From the human T2T-CHM13v2.0 reference genome, Homo sapiens: 64,000 nucleotides of DNA. The stretch is taken from NCBI RefSeq assembly GCF_009914755.1, contig NC_060930.1; one strand, given 5' to 3'. The notes under the pieces are model-generated. The model did no database searches, had not been told where the DNA came from, and saw only the letters and a program-made list of their open reading frames with translations. The position numbers and the translations under genes were made by a program. Below, piece by piece: positions 41,884-55,736 of the stretch (its first letter is position 1; each line of letters begins with the position of its first letter).

Positions 41884-42419
41884 AAAGAAAGCGTGTGATT
41901 GACATGAGGCTGGGCATGTGGGACAGCTGGAGTTCCCATCACTCATGTCAATCTTCCCATAGGCTTGGGGCTAGGGATTTTCAAGGATAGTTTGTTGGGC
42001 AGGGGGCTACGGAATGGGTGCTGCTGGCTGGTTGGGGCTGCCGGCTGGTTGGGGCTGCCATCACAGGGGTGTGGAAAATGGTCCTCCTGAGCTGCATCTG
42101 TCTCTGGATGAGGCCCCAGGACCAGTTGAGTCATGAGTCATGAGTCCAAGTGGAGTTGGCTCGTAGGCAGAAATGCAAAAGTCTGAAAAGTAATCTCAAA
42201 AGGCCAACCTTAGGTTCTACAAAAATGGTATTATTTACAGAAGTCATTGGGGAAGTTACAAATCTCGTGACCTCTAGAACAATGGCTGGTGATCATCAAA
42301 CTACGCCTGCATCTTAGCAGAGTTCAGGCCCCACTCATAATCCTGCAGACCCATATGAATTTGCCACTGCTAACAGGCTAGCCTGTGTAACTTCCCACCT
42401 CTCTCCCAGCCCTGCTCTG

Positions 42420-42565
42420 TGTTTTATGGACCAGGTCTCTTGGCACCAGGTGCTTATTGAAAATGCAGACTCCAGAACCCACTCCAGGACTCCCGAATCA
42501 CAGAATTTTCACAAGCTCCCTAGGTGAGTACTGTGTACACGGAAGTCTGAGAAGCACCGTCCTAA
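42420..42565. mobile_element. MER5A-like MITE fragment
   Basis: GCTTATTGAAAATGCAGACTCC...ACAAGCTCCCTAGGTGA...AAGTCTGAGAAGCAC. Confidence 0.6.
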
Positions 42566-43352
42566 GTTGGGTGGTCTTGCACTGGCATGAGAAACAGAGT
42601 CCTGTTTTCTTACAACCACCCCCTGCCAACCCCAGTACAGGAGTGTGCAGCCCCACGGAGGCCCCACGAGCTGTCCTCTCCTCATGCCTATAACCTCTTT
42701 TCACAGCTCCTTTTCATCCGCCCATTCCCATCCAGCATGGGAGTGGAGCCAGGCACAGAAGACCTCTGCTGCTTCCTCTCCTGTGCCCCGTAGACGAGCT
42801 CCTTGTGCCTGCTTAGGGCCCACACTGTCCTCTTCGCTGGGCTTCCTGCCTCGCTCAACCTGAACATTTTAGTCATCCTCAAGAGGTGACTTGACCCTCA
42901 CTCTGCTCTAGTTCTCATCCGCCCATTAGACCTGAGGCAGGCACGTTTTCTTCTACTCTTTATACCCCGAGTTCTTTGCTAACTGAGCACACAGGACATG
43001 GATGCTGGTTGAGGAAGGAGTGGGATGTCATCACAGACCCCGGACAGGAGGGATATTTCCACCAGGGTGCAGTATTTCACACTGATTCATGGATATGAGT
43101 GGGTTGCTTTATAAATTCCTCCATTAGCTCAACTATTTCCAAAGGAAAAAGTGAAAACAGATCTGGAAGATGTTATAACATCGTCTAATAACGGGGGTGG
43201 GAAAATGGCATGGAAATTTAGATATTAACATGGATTTGTATTCTTTTCTCCTATAAACTCTAAGACTGCATTTGAGACAATAAGCCATTTCTGTGTTAAG
43301 GATTGTAAAACACTACATGGCATCTCATTGGCTTTCATCATGTCTGTACTTA

Positions 43353-43677
<325 letters not shown>

Positions 43678-44129
43678 TTATCAAAACTACCTCGATGGAA
43701 CTTTTCATGTAATTCAAAACTTGAACATCAGATGTTCCCTGCCTCTTTAATAAGGAGTGGAATCATTGCCGAGAAGATGCAAACAGGATCAGAAACAAGC
43801 GGAATCTGTCAGGATGCTCAGCAGCAGGTGTGGGAGGCATGAGGGGCACTGCGCCTGTATCTTCACTCCTCACCCGGCTTCAGAGTTGACGTCAAGCTCT
43901 GAAAAAGGGAGCTCCATCTGTGATATCCACCAAGTCCAACCATCAGCAAAGCCTAAATGTGTGCCACTGCTCCTCCTCCTTGTTTTCAGACCTCCTCATT
44001 TCCTAACAGCTCCTCCTCTCCTGCCTCTCCTCCAGCCACAGTGGACTCCTCGCTGGCCATGGGCATGCCGGGGGCTCCAGCTCTCTGGGCTGCTTGTCCC
44101 TCAGTGATCTGGAAGTCTGATCTCCTCAC

Positions 44130-44508
44130 TGTTGTGGATTGAATTGTGTCTCAGTAAAGATGGGTTAAAGTCCTGGCTCCCCTGCCTGTGAATGAGAGCT
44201 TATTTAGAAATAGAGTCTTTGCAGATGTCATCAAATTGAGATGAGGCCATTAGGGTAGGACCTAACCCAAGAGGATCGGTGTCCCTCAGAAGAGGAGAAG
44301 ACAGAGACACACAGGGAAGATGCTGCATGGAGACAGGTCGGAGGCTGGAGAAGCAGCTGTGAGCCAGGGAGCACTGGGGCGTCAGAAGCTAGAGGAGGCA
44401 CCTTGAGATGGGATTTCTGGCCTCCAGGGCTGTGAAAGAACAATTTCTGTCGTTTGAAGCCACTTAGCTTGTGCTGCTTGGTTACAGCGGCCATAGGAAA
44501 CAAATTCA
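44130..44508 (+). mobile_element. MLT1B/C-like MaLR LTR within L2 fragments
   Basis: TGTTGTGGATTGAATTGTGTC...GTCTTTGCAGATG...TTTGAAGCCAC...GTTACAGCGGCCATAGGAAAC. Confidence 0.82.
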
Positions 44509-46384
44509 CTCGCCTATCTCAAGTGTGGTGGAGACATTCCCTTCTCAGTGTGGTCCATTCTAATCACTCTATTGAAAATGGCAACATCCCCCAAACACCT
44601 TCTGATCCTCCCTGACCTGCTGACTTTTCCCCTTGGTGCGAGTCCGCTTACGGATGTGCACATCCCGCCTCCTGAGGTTCGGTGCTGTCTTGCTGCTCAG
44701 GTGCAGCTCTGTGAGGTGGGGATGTTCGCTTTGTTCGCTGGTGCGTTCTAAGGGCCTAGAACAGGGCCTGCCACATAGGAGGCACCTGGCACATAGTTTT
44801 TGGATGAAAAAATGGATATTTTCCCCCAAGGTATCAGTGTATAAGTTAAGAGCACCTGCCCAACTTAAGTTAATAAGATTCCTGTACAGGAAGATATATT
44901 TATACAGGATCATGTTCTCAAATGCATTCACGAACCAGCCTCAGTGAACGGCATCTTCCCTGAAAAAGCATTGATTGCGTTCCTTTTCTTTCCATTCAGG
45001 CCGCTCACTATGCTCCAGGCTCCTTCTTCCCCTGCTGCAGTCCTGGTCATCCGCTGTCCTCCTCCTTAGCTGCTCCTCCCTGCCCACACGGGTGCTCCTG
45101 CTTTCCTTCTCAGTTCTCCCTTCTCCTCCCGCCGCAGGTGCTGATTCCTCTGCCCCTGATGAATGCTCCCTTTTTTCAGCGGCGTCTATTCTTACTCCAT
45201 CAGCGTTTTACATGACGTCATCACCTCCTGTGGTTTAACAGTCTCTTGTGTGCTATGGATTCTCAGGTCTGTCCCGTTCACAGGAGCCAAACCTCTGCAT
45301 TCAGCTGCACACGCTGGCTAATGCCTCACAAGCTCCTGACAACATGATCAAATCTCAGCTCATATTCCTCCATCCCTGTCCTGCATACATGTGGCATGTG
45401 CGTGTGAGCATGTGGACATATGCACGTGTGTGTGTGACTAACTGGCCAGTTAATGAAACCAGAGGTTGTGCCCTTGACTCTTCCCTGCCTCTCAGCCCTC
45501 CACCCCAGCTAATGAGCAAGCTGTGTCAGTTTTACCCCACATCCCCCCGGCAGGTGCGGCTCTGGGAGGTCGAGAGCTGGAAAAGGTGTCGCTCTCACCA
45601 TTACAGGAAGGAAAAAGTGAGGAAACTGTAAATTAATGACTTCTCATCAGAGAACTGAGATTTCAGGCAAACATCTAACTATACCTTGAAAGCTCTTTGT
45701 TCTTGTTCATCTGTGGTATTCCTATGCACTCTTCAAAACCCTGCTGGAAAGTCCTCCCCAAACACCCCAGAGTCAATGATTCATTCTTAGTGCCCCTATG
45801 CTCCTTTCACTTTTGCTCTGCAGAGCCTCTTCTGCATATTTCATTTTGCCAACAGGCCTGTTTCCATGGACTTCAGCATCAGGCAGGCCTGGTTCCCAGT
45901 ATTCTGCTTCGAGGATTCACCCCTCCAAGCTTCAGTTTCCTTAGATGTGAGGTGGGGGAAAAAGTCACGGCCACATGACGTTATTTTGAGGATTTCACGA
46001 GGCAGTGAAAGTGGGGTGCACAGCACTGGGCCTGGTGCAGAAACAATACCCAGTGCCATGTCTCTCTCCCCAACAGGGTCGTGGTTCCTGAGGAGGAGAA
46101 CTGCAGTTTCAGCATTGCCTCCACATTCAGCATGGGGTGCTCAGAACCTTCCAATATGCGAGGCAGGCTAGTCAATTAGGGGAGAAAGCTTATCTCTTTA
46201 AAGCAAGTTAAGTGAATGTTTGTTTCTTTAAAAAAAAAATCAAACTGCCAAACTATTTTCTGAGTGGCTGTACCATTCTACGCTTCCACCAGCAATGAAG
46301 AGTAATCCAATTTCGCCACATTCCCACCAACATTTAAAACTGTGGGGATTCTGATAGGTTTGTAGTGATGTCTCATTACGGTTT

Positions 46385-46702
46385 TTGGTTTTCTGGGTTT
46401 TGGTTTTGGTTTTTGAGACAAGGTCTTGCTCTGTCTCCTAGGCTGGAGTGCAGGGGTACAATCTCAGCACGCGATAGCCTCCACCGCCCGAGCTCAAGTG
46501 ATCCTGCCAACACAGTCTCCTGAGTAGCTGGGACTATAGATACATGCCATTATGCTGGGCTAATTTTCTTTTCATTTACTTTTTTAAAGACAAGTTCTCA
46601 GTATGTTGCCCAGGCTGGTCTTGAACTCCTGGACTAAAGTGATTCTCCCACCTTGGCCTCCCAAACTGCTGGGATTACAGGCATGAGCCACTGTGCTCAG
46701 CC
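46385..46702 (-). mobile_element. AluJ SINE
   Basis: Reverse-complement Alu with GTTTT-type tail; degenerate TSD TCATTA..GTTTT. Confidence 0.88.
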
Positions 46703-47293
46703 TTCATTATAGTTTTAATTTGCTCTTTCTTAATATTTAATGATGTTGAATATCTTTTCATGTGCTTACTTTCCATTTCTATCTTCTTTAGTGAAATGTT
46801 CGTTCTTTAGTGAAATGTTTTACCCATTTTTTAATTGGATTTTTTTGGTTTGTTTTTATTTACTATTGAATTTTTAGCCCTCTTTATATATTCTAGATAA
46901 AAAGTGTTTGTTGGATATGAGGTTTGCCAGGATTTCCTCCCAGTCTGTAGCTTGTCTTTTCATCCTCTTCACAGGGCCTTTTCCAGAACAAAACTTTTTA
47001 ATTTTGATAAAGCCAATTTATCAATTTGTCTTTTTATGAATTGTGCTTTTGGTTTCTAGTGTAAAAACTCAGCCTAGCCTTAGGTTCTATAAATTTTATC
47101 TTATATTTTATTCTAAAAGTTTTATAGTTTTACACTTAGCATTTACATCTGTGATCCACTTTCAGTTTTCTTTTGTATGAGGCATAAGGTTTGCGTTGAG
47201 GGTCACTGTTTTCCCTATAGCTGTCCACTTGTTCCAGCACCACTGTTCAAAAGGCCATCATCCACCCATTGAATTGCTTTTGCAACTTTGTCA

Positions 47294-47674
<381 letters not shown>

Positions 47675-48392
47675 TTACTAACACAAGATTTTGATTGCCA
47701 TGCCTATATAATAAGCTTCAACATCAGGTAGATTCCTGCTATTTAATTTCTTTTTTAAAAAAAAATTGTTTTAGCTATTCTAAGTTCTTTGTCATTTCCT
47801 ACAAATTTTACCATAAGCTTGTTCATGCTTATAAAAAAAACCTTGCTGAAATTTTGCTAGATCACATTGGAAACCAACATCTTTACTATATTGACTCTTT
47901 GGGCCCATGAATATGGTAAGTCTTTCCATTTATTTAGGTCTTCTTTGACATTCTTTCATCAACATTTCATAATTTCTGCATATAAATACTATAGATGTTT
48001 TGTTAGATTTTGCCTAAGTATACATTTCCTTTGGAGCCATTGTAAATCATACTATGTTTTTAACTTTTATTTCCACATATACAAACGTAATTTGTTTTTA
48101 TATGTTGATCTTATGTCTATGACCTTGCTCTCAGAAGTTTTTTGTAGATTTCTTGGGATTTTCTACTTCTAGAATTATTTTATTTGTAAATAGAGATTGA
48201 TTTCTTTCTTTCTTTTTCATGTGTATGTCTTTTTTTCTTGCCGAATTGACTTCGCTATGACTCCCAGTGCTACCTTAAATAACACGGTAAGGAAGGCCGT
48301 CATTGCCTTTTTCCTGGTCTTAAGGCGATGTGTTCAGATCTTCACCTTTAGGCATGGTGTTAGCAGTAGGTTCCATGTAATATTTTATGCAC

Positions 48393-48800
48393 TGTATGAG
48401 TTTCTTATTGCTGTGTAACAAATCACCACAAAGGTACAGCGTTAAACAACAAATTTATACTCTGACAGTTCTAGAGATCCAAAATCTGAAATCAAGAAGA
48501 TAGCAGGGTTGCGTTCCTTCCAGAGGCTCTAGGGGAGAATACACTTCCTTGCTTTTTCCAGCTTCTAGAAGCTCCCCACATGCCTTGGCTCAAGAGCCTT
48601 CCTCACATCACCCCAGCCCCTTGATCCACTGTCACATCTGTTTCTTTCATTCATTTGCCCTCCCCGGATAACCCAGATATCCATCTCAAGACCTTTATCT
48701 TAATCACATGGGCAAAGTCCTTTTACCATGAACTGTAATACAATCACAGGCTCAGGTATTAGGGTGTTGATCTCTTTGGAGGCATTATCTGCCCATCACA
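48393..48800 (-). mobile_element. MLT1-family MaLR LTR
   Basis: TGTATGAGTTTCTTATTGCTGTGTAACAAATCACCACAA...GAGGCTCTAGGGGAGAAT...CTTAATCACAT. Confidence 0.78.
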
Positions 48801-50385
48801 CACTGTGTTATAATTGTCTGTTTACTTATCCTTTGCTATTTATTCCTCATCATGTTCCCAACATCTAACCGAGTAGCCAGCACACAGAACGGGCTCAGCA
48901 AATAGCTGCTGACCAGCAGAATGGGCGGCTGAGTCCATATTCCCTCCTTATCAGCCTTGGGAAACTGTGAGCCTGTTCTGGTGTTCTGCATAGGTACAGT
49001 GATTAGTTTCTCCTGAGCAGAGGACTGATGATAGTTGCTCTGATGTATACCAGCAGATTCATGGGGATCCTGGTAAGGCGTATTTGAATTTTGGCTTTAG
49101 AAAAGTCAAGGGATGGGTTTTCCACAGGTACAACCACAAAGCAAATGCTCGTCACCCCAGAATGCTCCCTCCTGACTCATGACGAGACAGACCAGGCAGA
49201 CAGGAGATAAAGAGCTCTCTCCTCCTGTCCTCTGGACGCCCTTGGCTTCCAAAGCCGTGCTTTATAGATACACGCTTTATGTTGGCTGAAGTCAGCAGTT
49301 CGTCTTCTTTACAAAAGAATATTTGTCTTTGCCTCTTCTCTCTTCATTCTTCCTCCTTATCCCTGGCACTTGCCAAGCGGGTGCCAGCGTTTGCCGCCTC
49401 TCTCTGAGACCAGCCCTCCTTGGGCGGCTGCCTCCCCTTGCCCCATCTCAAACAAAGACACAGCAGCCGAGAAGACAGCCGGGCGGGTGGAGTGGGAAGA
49501 AAGCAAGTTTCGTTGGTTTTTCCAGGATTAACTCAGGGCTGGCTGGGTTGAGTAACTGAGGCCAGGTCATGGGTAGATCTGGCCGAGGGACTTCCGAGGT
49601 TTTGTTCCTGGGTGTGTCTCTCAGGCAGTGGGAGGATGGTGGCGCCGTCACCAAGCCTTGCAGCAGGAAGAGGAAGCCCCCACGAGGGAGGATAATGGGG
49701 AATTAAAGTCCCTAGATCCGCCTGGGAGGCTTGGGGACCTTGCCTGATGGGAAAACTTTGGTGTAATTTTTTAAAAAACAGAAAACAGGATTTTGTTTTT
49801 TCTTGCTCTTTTTAAATGAAAACATCAGTGTTTTTCATCAGGAGCACAACGGGCGTTTTCGGCAGGACAGGTCATCTGCAGACCCTGTGCTTGTACTGCA
49901 GGAAGCCTGGTCTCGCTGGGGCCTCTCAGGTGCCGGCAGCACCAGACTATTGCAAAAACTGAGGCACCCCAGTAGATGTTACTAAATGTGCCTAAAGGGA
50001 GCAGACTGCCCGCCCCTGAAAACCTGAACTCGGGTTATTTAAAAGGCTTTTTATTCACTGTTTGTAAAAACATAATGTCCTCTAGAAAGCCTGTTTTTCT
50101 GATAAGGCATGAAGAGGGAGGATATTAATTCGCATATTGATTGACTACAGCATTGAGGTGTCCCTTCTCCCCCCGGGGGATCGGCTTGCTGGGACAGCTC
50201 TGGGAGTCCCCGAGTAGTCACCTTTGGATACCATGTTGGCAGAATCTCAGGTCAGGATGGAGGAGCCTCTGATAGGCATTGAGTGGCCTTTAAATGACCC
50301 CATGCTGCTTCAAAGCCCACAGGACTAGTGTTTGCTTTTTGAAAAAATGACTTACCTACATGTTCTCAGTAAAGAATAGAATCCA

Positions 50386-51025
50386 CACACACTCCCATGC
50401 GCACACACTCCCATGCACACACACTCCCATGCACACACTCCCATGCACGCACTCCCATGCACACACACTCCCATGCACACACTCCATGCACACACTCCAT
50501 GCACACACTCCATGCACACAGTCCCATGCACACACACTCCATGCACACAGTCCCATGCACACACTCCCATGCACACACACTCCATGCACAAAGTCCCATG
50601 CATGCACTCCCATGCACACACACTCCATGCACACACACTCCATGCACACAGTCCCATGCACACACATTCCCATGCACACAGTCCCATGCACGCACTCCCA
50701 TGCACACACACTCCATGCACACACTCCCATGCACACACACTCCCATGCACACACACTCCATGCACACACTCACATGCACACACACTCCATGCACACAGTC
50801 CCATGCACACACTCCCACGCACACACACTCCCATGCACACACACTCCTATGCACACAGTCCCATGCACACACTCCCATGCACACACAGTCCCATGCACAC
50901 ACACTCACATGCACACAGTCCCATGCACACACAGTCCCATGCACACACTCCCATGCACACACTCTCGTGCACACAAACATCCATGCACACAAACATCCTC
51001 GCACACACCCTCCCATGCACACACA
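50386..51025. repeat. Minisatellite, ~14-17-bp unit (CATGCACAC[AC]n[A/G]TCC), about 40 copies
   Basis: Directly visible; produces the long His/Thr and Cys/Val ORFs on both strands. Confidence 0.95.
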
Positions 51026-51589
51026 TTTTAGAAACGTGACCAGTTCCTTAGGGTGCTCTCCTTTAAAAGGGCAACAGGAAGGCTGGGGGTCAGTTGTGCA
51101 GCCTATACTTACCCTCTTCTGTGACCAAGAGCTCGGGGGTCCCCAGCTAACCTCCCCTACTGCTTTAGATATATGCATTTTTACTCATCTTTGATATTTT
51201 GGAAAAGACAACATGTTCCATGCAAGTCCCTTTGAATGCTGCCCCTGCAAGCCAGCTCAGAGGGAACACGCCCCTCCACACCCCCCGCACTAGGCCTTGG
51301 GTGCGGCCCGTCCGCCTCTCACAGAGCAGATGGCTGTGGCTCCCTCCAAGGCAGAGGTCACCCCGCCTGACCAGAACCGCTTGTGTTCTCTGGAGTGAAT
51401 GGGACATGAGCGTAACAGGGGCGGGGAAGGCGGGAGAAGGGTTGAGGGGAATGTGTGGGATCTGCCTCCATCGAGCTGCAGGCGCGGGTCTGAGCCCTGA
51501 TAGCAAGTGTGAGGGCTGGTGCTGACGCAGGGCTCCCCCGAGACCCAGTCGGGTGTGGAGCTGCCTGGGAGGAGGCCTGAGGGGGTGGG

Positions 51590-51806
51590 GGAGGCTAAGA
51601 ACAGGAGAAGAAGCAGCTTTTTCTCATGATGGAGCGGGAGCTAAGAACAGGAGAAGCAGCTTTTCACATGGTGGAGTGGCGGGGCGAAGAACAGAAGAAG
51701 CGGCTTTTTCACATGATGGGGGGAGCTAAGAACAGTAGAAGCAGCTTTTCACATGATGGAGTAGGGGTGGCGAAGAACAGAAGCAGCAGCTTTTTCACGT
51801 GATGGG
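51590..51806. repeat. Imperfect tandem repeat, ~41-46-bp unit x5
   Basis: Recurring AAGAACAG..AGAAGCAGCTTTT(T)CACATGATGG. Confidence 0.85.
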
Positions 51807-51807
51807 C

Positions 51808-52286
51808 CGCGGTGCTGGATTTTGTGCCAACCTGACTGGGCTGCGGGTGAAACATTATCCCGGGTGTGTCCAGAGGGTGTTTTGGGCGAGATCAGCATTT
51901 GACTCGCTGCACTAAGTAAAGTGGGTGTCCTCCCTGATGTGTGTGTGTGTGAGGGCTCATCCAGCAGCAGAAACCTCAACAGAACACGCACCAGGAACCC
52001 CCTGACCCCCGGAGGAGAGGGGAGTTCTTCCTGCCTCATAGCCTTCGAAGTGGGACCTCGGCTTTTTTCCTGCTTTTGAACTCGAGCAGAATCCTAAGTT
52101 CTTCTGGATCTCAAGCTGCTCCTCCAGACTGAAGGACCCCCGCGCCTCTTCGGGTCACCAGCTGAACCTCACGCAACAGATCCTGCGACGCACCAGCTAC
52201 GGGGATAGTGGAAGCCGTTCCTCCCAATCAGTGTGTATCTGCCTCTCCCAGTGGTTCTGTCGCTCTGGAGAACCCTGACCAGTACA
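51808..52286 (+). mobile_element. MLT2-family ERVL LTR
   Basis: TTTTGTGCCAACCTGACTGGGC...AAACATTAT...GAGATCAGCATTTGA...TGGTTCTGTCGCTCTGGAGAACCCTGACCAGTACA. Confidence 0.78.
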
Positions 52287-52345
52287 GCAGTGAGGTCCCA
52301 TCATGCAGTTTCATGGGAAACAGAGGTGACTGGGCCGGAATGTGT

Positions 52346-52830
52346 CACACACACACACTCACACACACACATACATACACACACGCATACACACTTACAT
52401 ACACATACACACAGAGAGACACACATACACATATACACACTCACACACACAAACACGCTTATACCCAGATTTACACACTCACATGCGTACACTTACACAC
52501 ATTTATACACACATACACACATGCTTATACGTACACACTTACACACAAACACTATACACACATACACACACTTATACATATACACACATACGTTTATACA
52601 CACACATATACATACACACACGATACACACATACACATACACACACAGAGACACGCATACACATGTACACACACTCACACAGTTATACACAGATTTACAC
52701 ACACAAATACACCTACACACACATGCTTATACACACACACTTATACACAAACACATTTATACACACATACACACACTGATACATACACACACACACACAC
52801 ACATACACTTATACACACACACACACACAT
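52346..52830. repeat. Degenerate (CA)/(TA) dinucleotide tract, ~480 bp
   Basis: Directly visible. Confidence 0.95.
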
Positions 52831-54771
52831 CTGGGTCCACCAGGAAGAGTTGAGAAATTCTTCAAGGGTGCTAAGAAGCTGATGGGGACCGTGGCATTAG
52901 CTTGGAACACTTGTCATTTGGACCCAAAGTCACATCCACTGCTGAGCCCGAGGCTGCAGGAACAGTGGACCTGGGTGAGCAGAAGGCGAGGCGGAGTCCA
53001 GATCTTTCCCAGGAAAACATCACCTGGCGTTGGAAATGAAACGCAGCCCTTCAGCGGGCTCACCTACAATCAGGCACTCCAGCATTAGCTGTTTAGAGCC
53101 AGGCTACCATTTCCTGGATTCTCTTCTGTTTTCCATACCCGGAGCTTTCTTAGTTTTTTCTCTGGGTTTCATGAATTCATCAGTGGCCAGGCATTGTTTT
53201 ATCAGATGTGCCAAACGCTGATAAGGACACAGTTCGCCCTTTCTATTTGCATTTGAATTCTTTCTCTGGTCTGACTTCTTGAGCCAGCAGGATTTATTTC
53301 TGCCCTGGCATCTGGTGAGCCGCCTCCCGGCGGCTGCTGCCTTCCTGGGTACATTTCAGTCTCCAGGCTTTTCTAGCCACAGGGACCCTGGGGACATCTC
53401 CAAGGCAAGTCCTAATATAGCTCATTTCATCCCTCTGTCAATGTCCTCCACGCCTTGAATAATTATCATATGAAAACCTTTGAGAGCAGAGCACCCCTGA
53501 TTCTGATTTTCCCCAGCTAGATAGATTCCCACGCCGTCTGTCTTTGAGCCAGCTCTGGGCCAGGGAGCCAGGCAGAATTTGCAGAGAGGTTCTCAGTCAC
53601 CCACCCTGCCCCTGAACTCAACAATGAGACCATCCAGCCGGGGCAGCTGCGTTCAGTCTCTGGCCACCTCCCATCTCCTGCCGCCACTGTCTTGCCATTG
53701 TTTATAGTGTGACACTCTCCACAATGAATCTAATCCATAGAAAACAGCACCCAGCTACATACAGAATTTTACAAATAAATCTACAGATGCCCCTACCATG
53801 ACATGAAGGAAAAATAAAATGAAAATAACTAATGAAAAAAATCCTGTGTTTATGTGTTTAGTATGTAAATTCTCAAGCATGATTACCCTAGAGGAAAGGG
53901 CTCTAATTTTATCCGAAACCCCTGAGTGAAGATGTGTTTCAGAATTCCTGTTTCCAAGGACTTTTTCATGGAAATGGCCTCCTTACATTGCACATTCGAT
54001 CAACTCTGTTAGGACCTGGAGCAGCATCTTCTAATCAAACACATTAATGGTTCCCAAGCACAATGTGTAATCACACAGAGCAGGATTTTAGAAATTGGCT
54101 ATTAATAGCCTCACACGAGTATAGCACAGACTCCCCTTGGGTTGGGCATGCAGCCCCCGGCCCTGGGACCTGGCCCCAAGCCCCCGACCACCACCTCATG
54201 GAAGCAGGTGCTCTGACCTGCCGTGCCTCGGAGTGACAGGGCTGGCCCACACAGCAGTGCCACCTGGGTGGAGTAGCACCTGGAGCCCCACCTAAGCCCA
54301 CATAGGCCCTGTTCCCATTTCTCTTCTGGGTGGCCCCTCCGACCCTGTAGTCCATGTATGGGGCTGACCAACTCTGGGACTTGCCCCTGGGGGTTGTTCT
54401 GGGGCCAATGGCCGAGCCCTGTTCCAGGCTGACAGCCTGGCCCAGGATGGCTCCCACTGGTAGGCACAGCATGTCTCCTACACAATCGTGTGAGACTGGG
54501 CTGCCAGAATGGGGCTGACGTGCTGGTTGTAGGTGATTCAAATAGTTTAAATAATCAGGGCTCTTCAGAAGAGGCTTTGCCTGGGGCCTTGCACACCCCA
54601 GTCGTGTCCTGTTGTTTCAGGTCAGATTTTGCCACTAAATGGATGAAGAAAAGCACTTTGGGTTTTCAAGGCTGTTTAGAATTCTGAGCTACAGGTAAGG
54701 AATTATAGATCAATAGACACAAGCTTTTATTTGTGTACACCATCTTGTAAGTGTGAGAATTACAAGTGTGA

Positions 54772-54877
54772 GAGTACAGGGTACCGGCACCTGAGGACTG
54801 CAGGGCCATTGACATCAGCGGCGTGAGTACAGGGTACCGGCACCTGAGGACTGCAGGGCCATTGACATCAGCGGCGT
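54772..54877. repeat. Perfect tandem duplication, 53 bp x2
   Basis: GAGTACAGGGTACCGGCACCTGAGGACTGCAGGGCCATTGACATCAGCGGCGT at 54772 and 54825. Confidence 0.95.
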
Positions 54878-55114
54878 GATTTCCCAAGATGGTAAATAAT
54901 TCCCAGAAAATCCTCAAACAAAACAAAGTTCAATCTTTATTCTAGTTACATTCTCGGAACATTCAGTGTACGCTAAAGCCATGCAAAAAATTCTTGATGT
55001 TTACATACAAAATGGAGTCAGGTTCCAGTGCAAAGAATTACAAGCCAACTTCTAGCTCCCTAGGGACCCGGTGAGACATCTGGAAGGTATGAAGGATATA
55101 AGTCAGAGCCAGCT

Positions 55115-55486
55115 TGATATGATTTATCTGTGTCCCCACCCAAATCTCATCTTGATTATAGTTCCCATAGTCCCATGTCGTGGGGGGAGCCTGGTGGGAA
55201 GGAATTGAATCATGGGGGTGGTTTCCCCCATGCTGCTGTTGTCGTGATAGTGAGTGAGTTCTCACGACATCTGGTGGTTTTATAAGAGGCTTTTTCCCCT
55301 TTGCTCGGCACTTCTCCTTCCTGCCATCATGTGAAGAAGGACGAGTTTGCTTCCCCTTCCGCCATGATTGTCAGTTTGCTGAGCCCTCCCCAGCCATGCT
55401 GAACTGTGAGTCAATTAAACCTCTTTCCTGTAAAAATTACCCAGTTTCAGGCAGTCCTTTATAGCAGTGTGGAATAGACTAATACA
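55115..55486 (+). mobile_element. THE1D-like MaLR solo LTR
   Basis: TGATATG...TGTGTCCCCACCCAAATCTCATCTTG...TGTGAGTCAATTAAACCTCTTTC...GACTAATACA; perfect 5-bp TSD CAGCT (55110-55114 / 55487-55491). Confidence 0.9.
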
Positions 55487-55736
55487 CAGCTCTTCTCTAT
55501 TAGGAGATGTCCCCACTCTGTGGGACAAGCACCCCAGCCTCCATCCACTAAATGATGAATGTGCCCCCCAATCATCTCCGCAGCCTGGCACAGCCGCACA
55601 AATTCCCACCCAGCTCCTTATGGTGGTTCTGCCCCTTCCCCCTCCTCACCTGCACGGCAGAGCCCCTCACAAGATCCTCCCACGACGGCTGGGCTGGAGA
55701 CCAGTGACCAAATACCAAGCACCCGTGCACTGGCCC

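Larger units (their letters stand above)
54690..55600. mobile_element. hAT-Charlie relic (MER20B-like), interrupted by a THE1 LTR; a related piece may lie at ~53700-53890
   Basis: GATTTCCCAAGATGGT...AAACAAAACAAAGT..AATCT...ATTCAGTGTA...ATGCAAAAAAT resembles the recalled consensus. Confidence 0.45.

Noticed and set aside
50352-52882. Cys/Val- and His/Thr-rich ORFs of 200-270 aa
   Set aside because: Translations of CA-rich minisatellite and dinucleotide tracts
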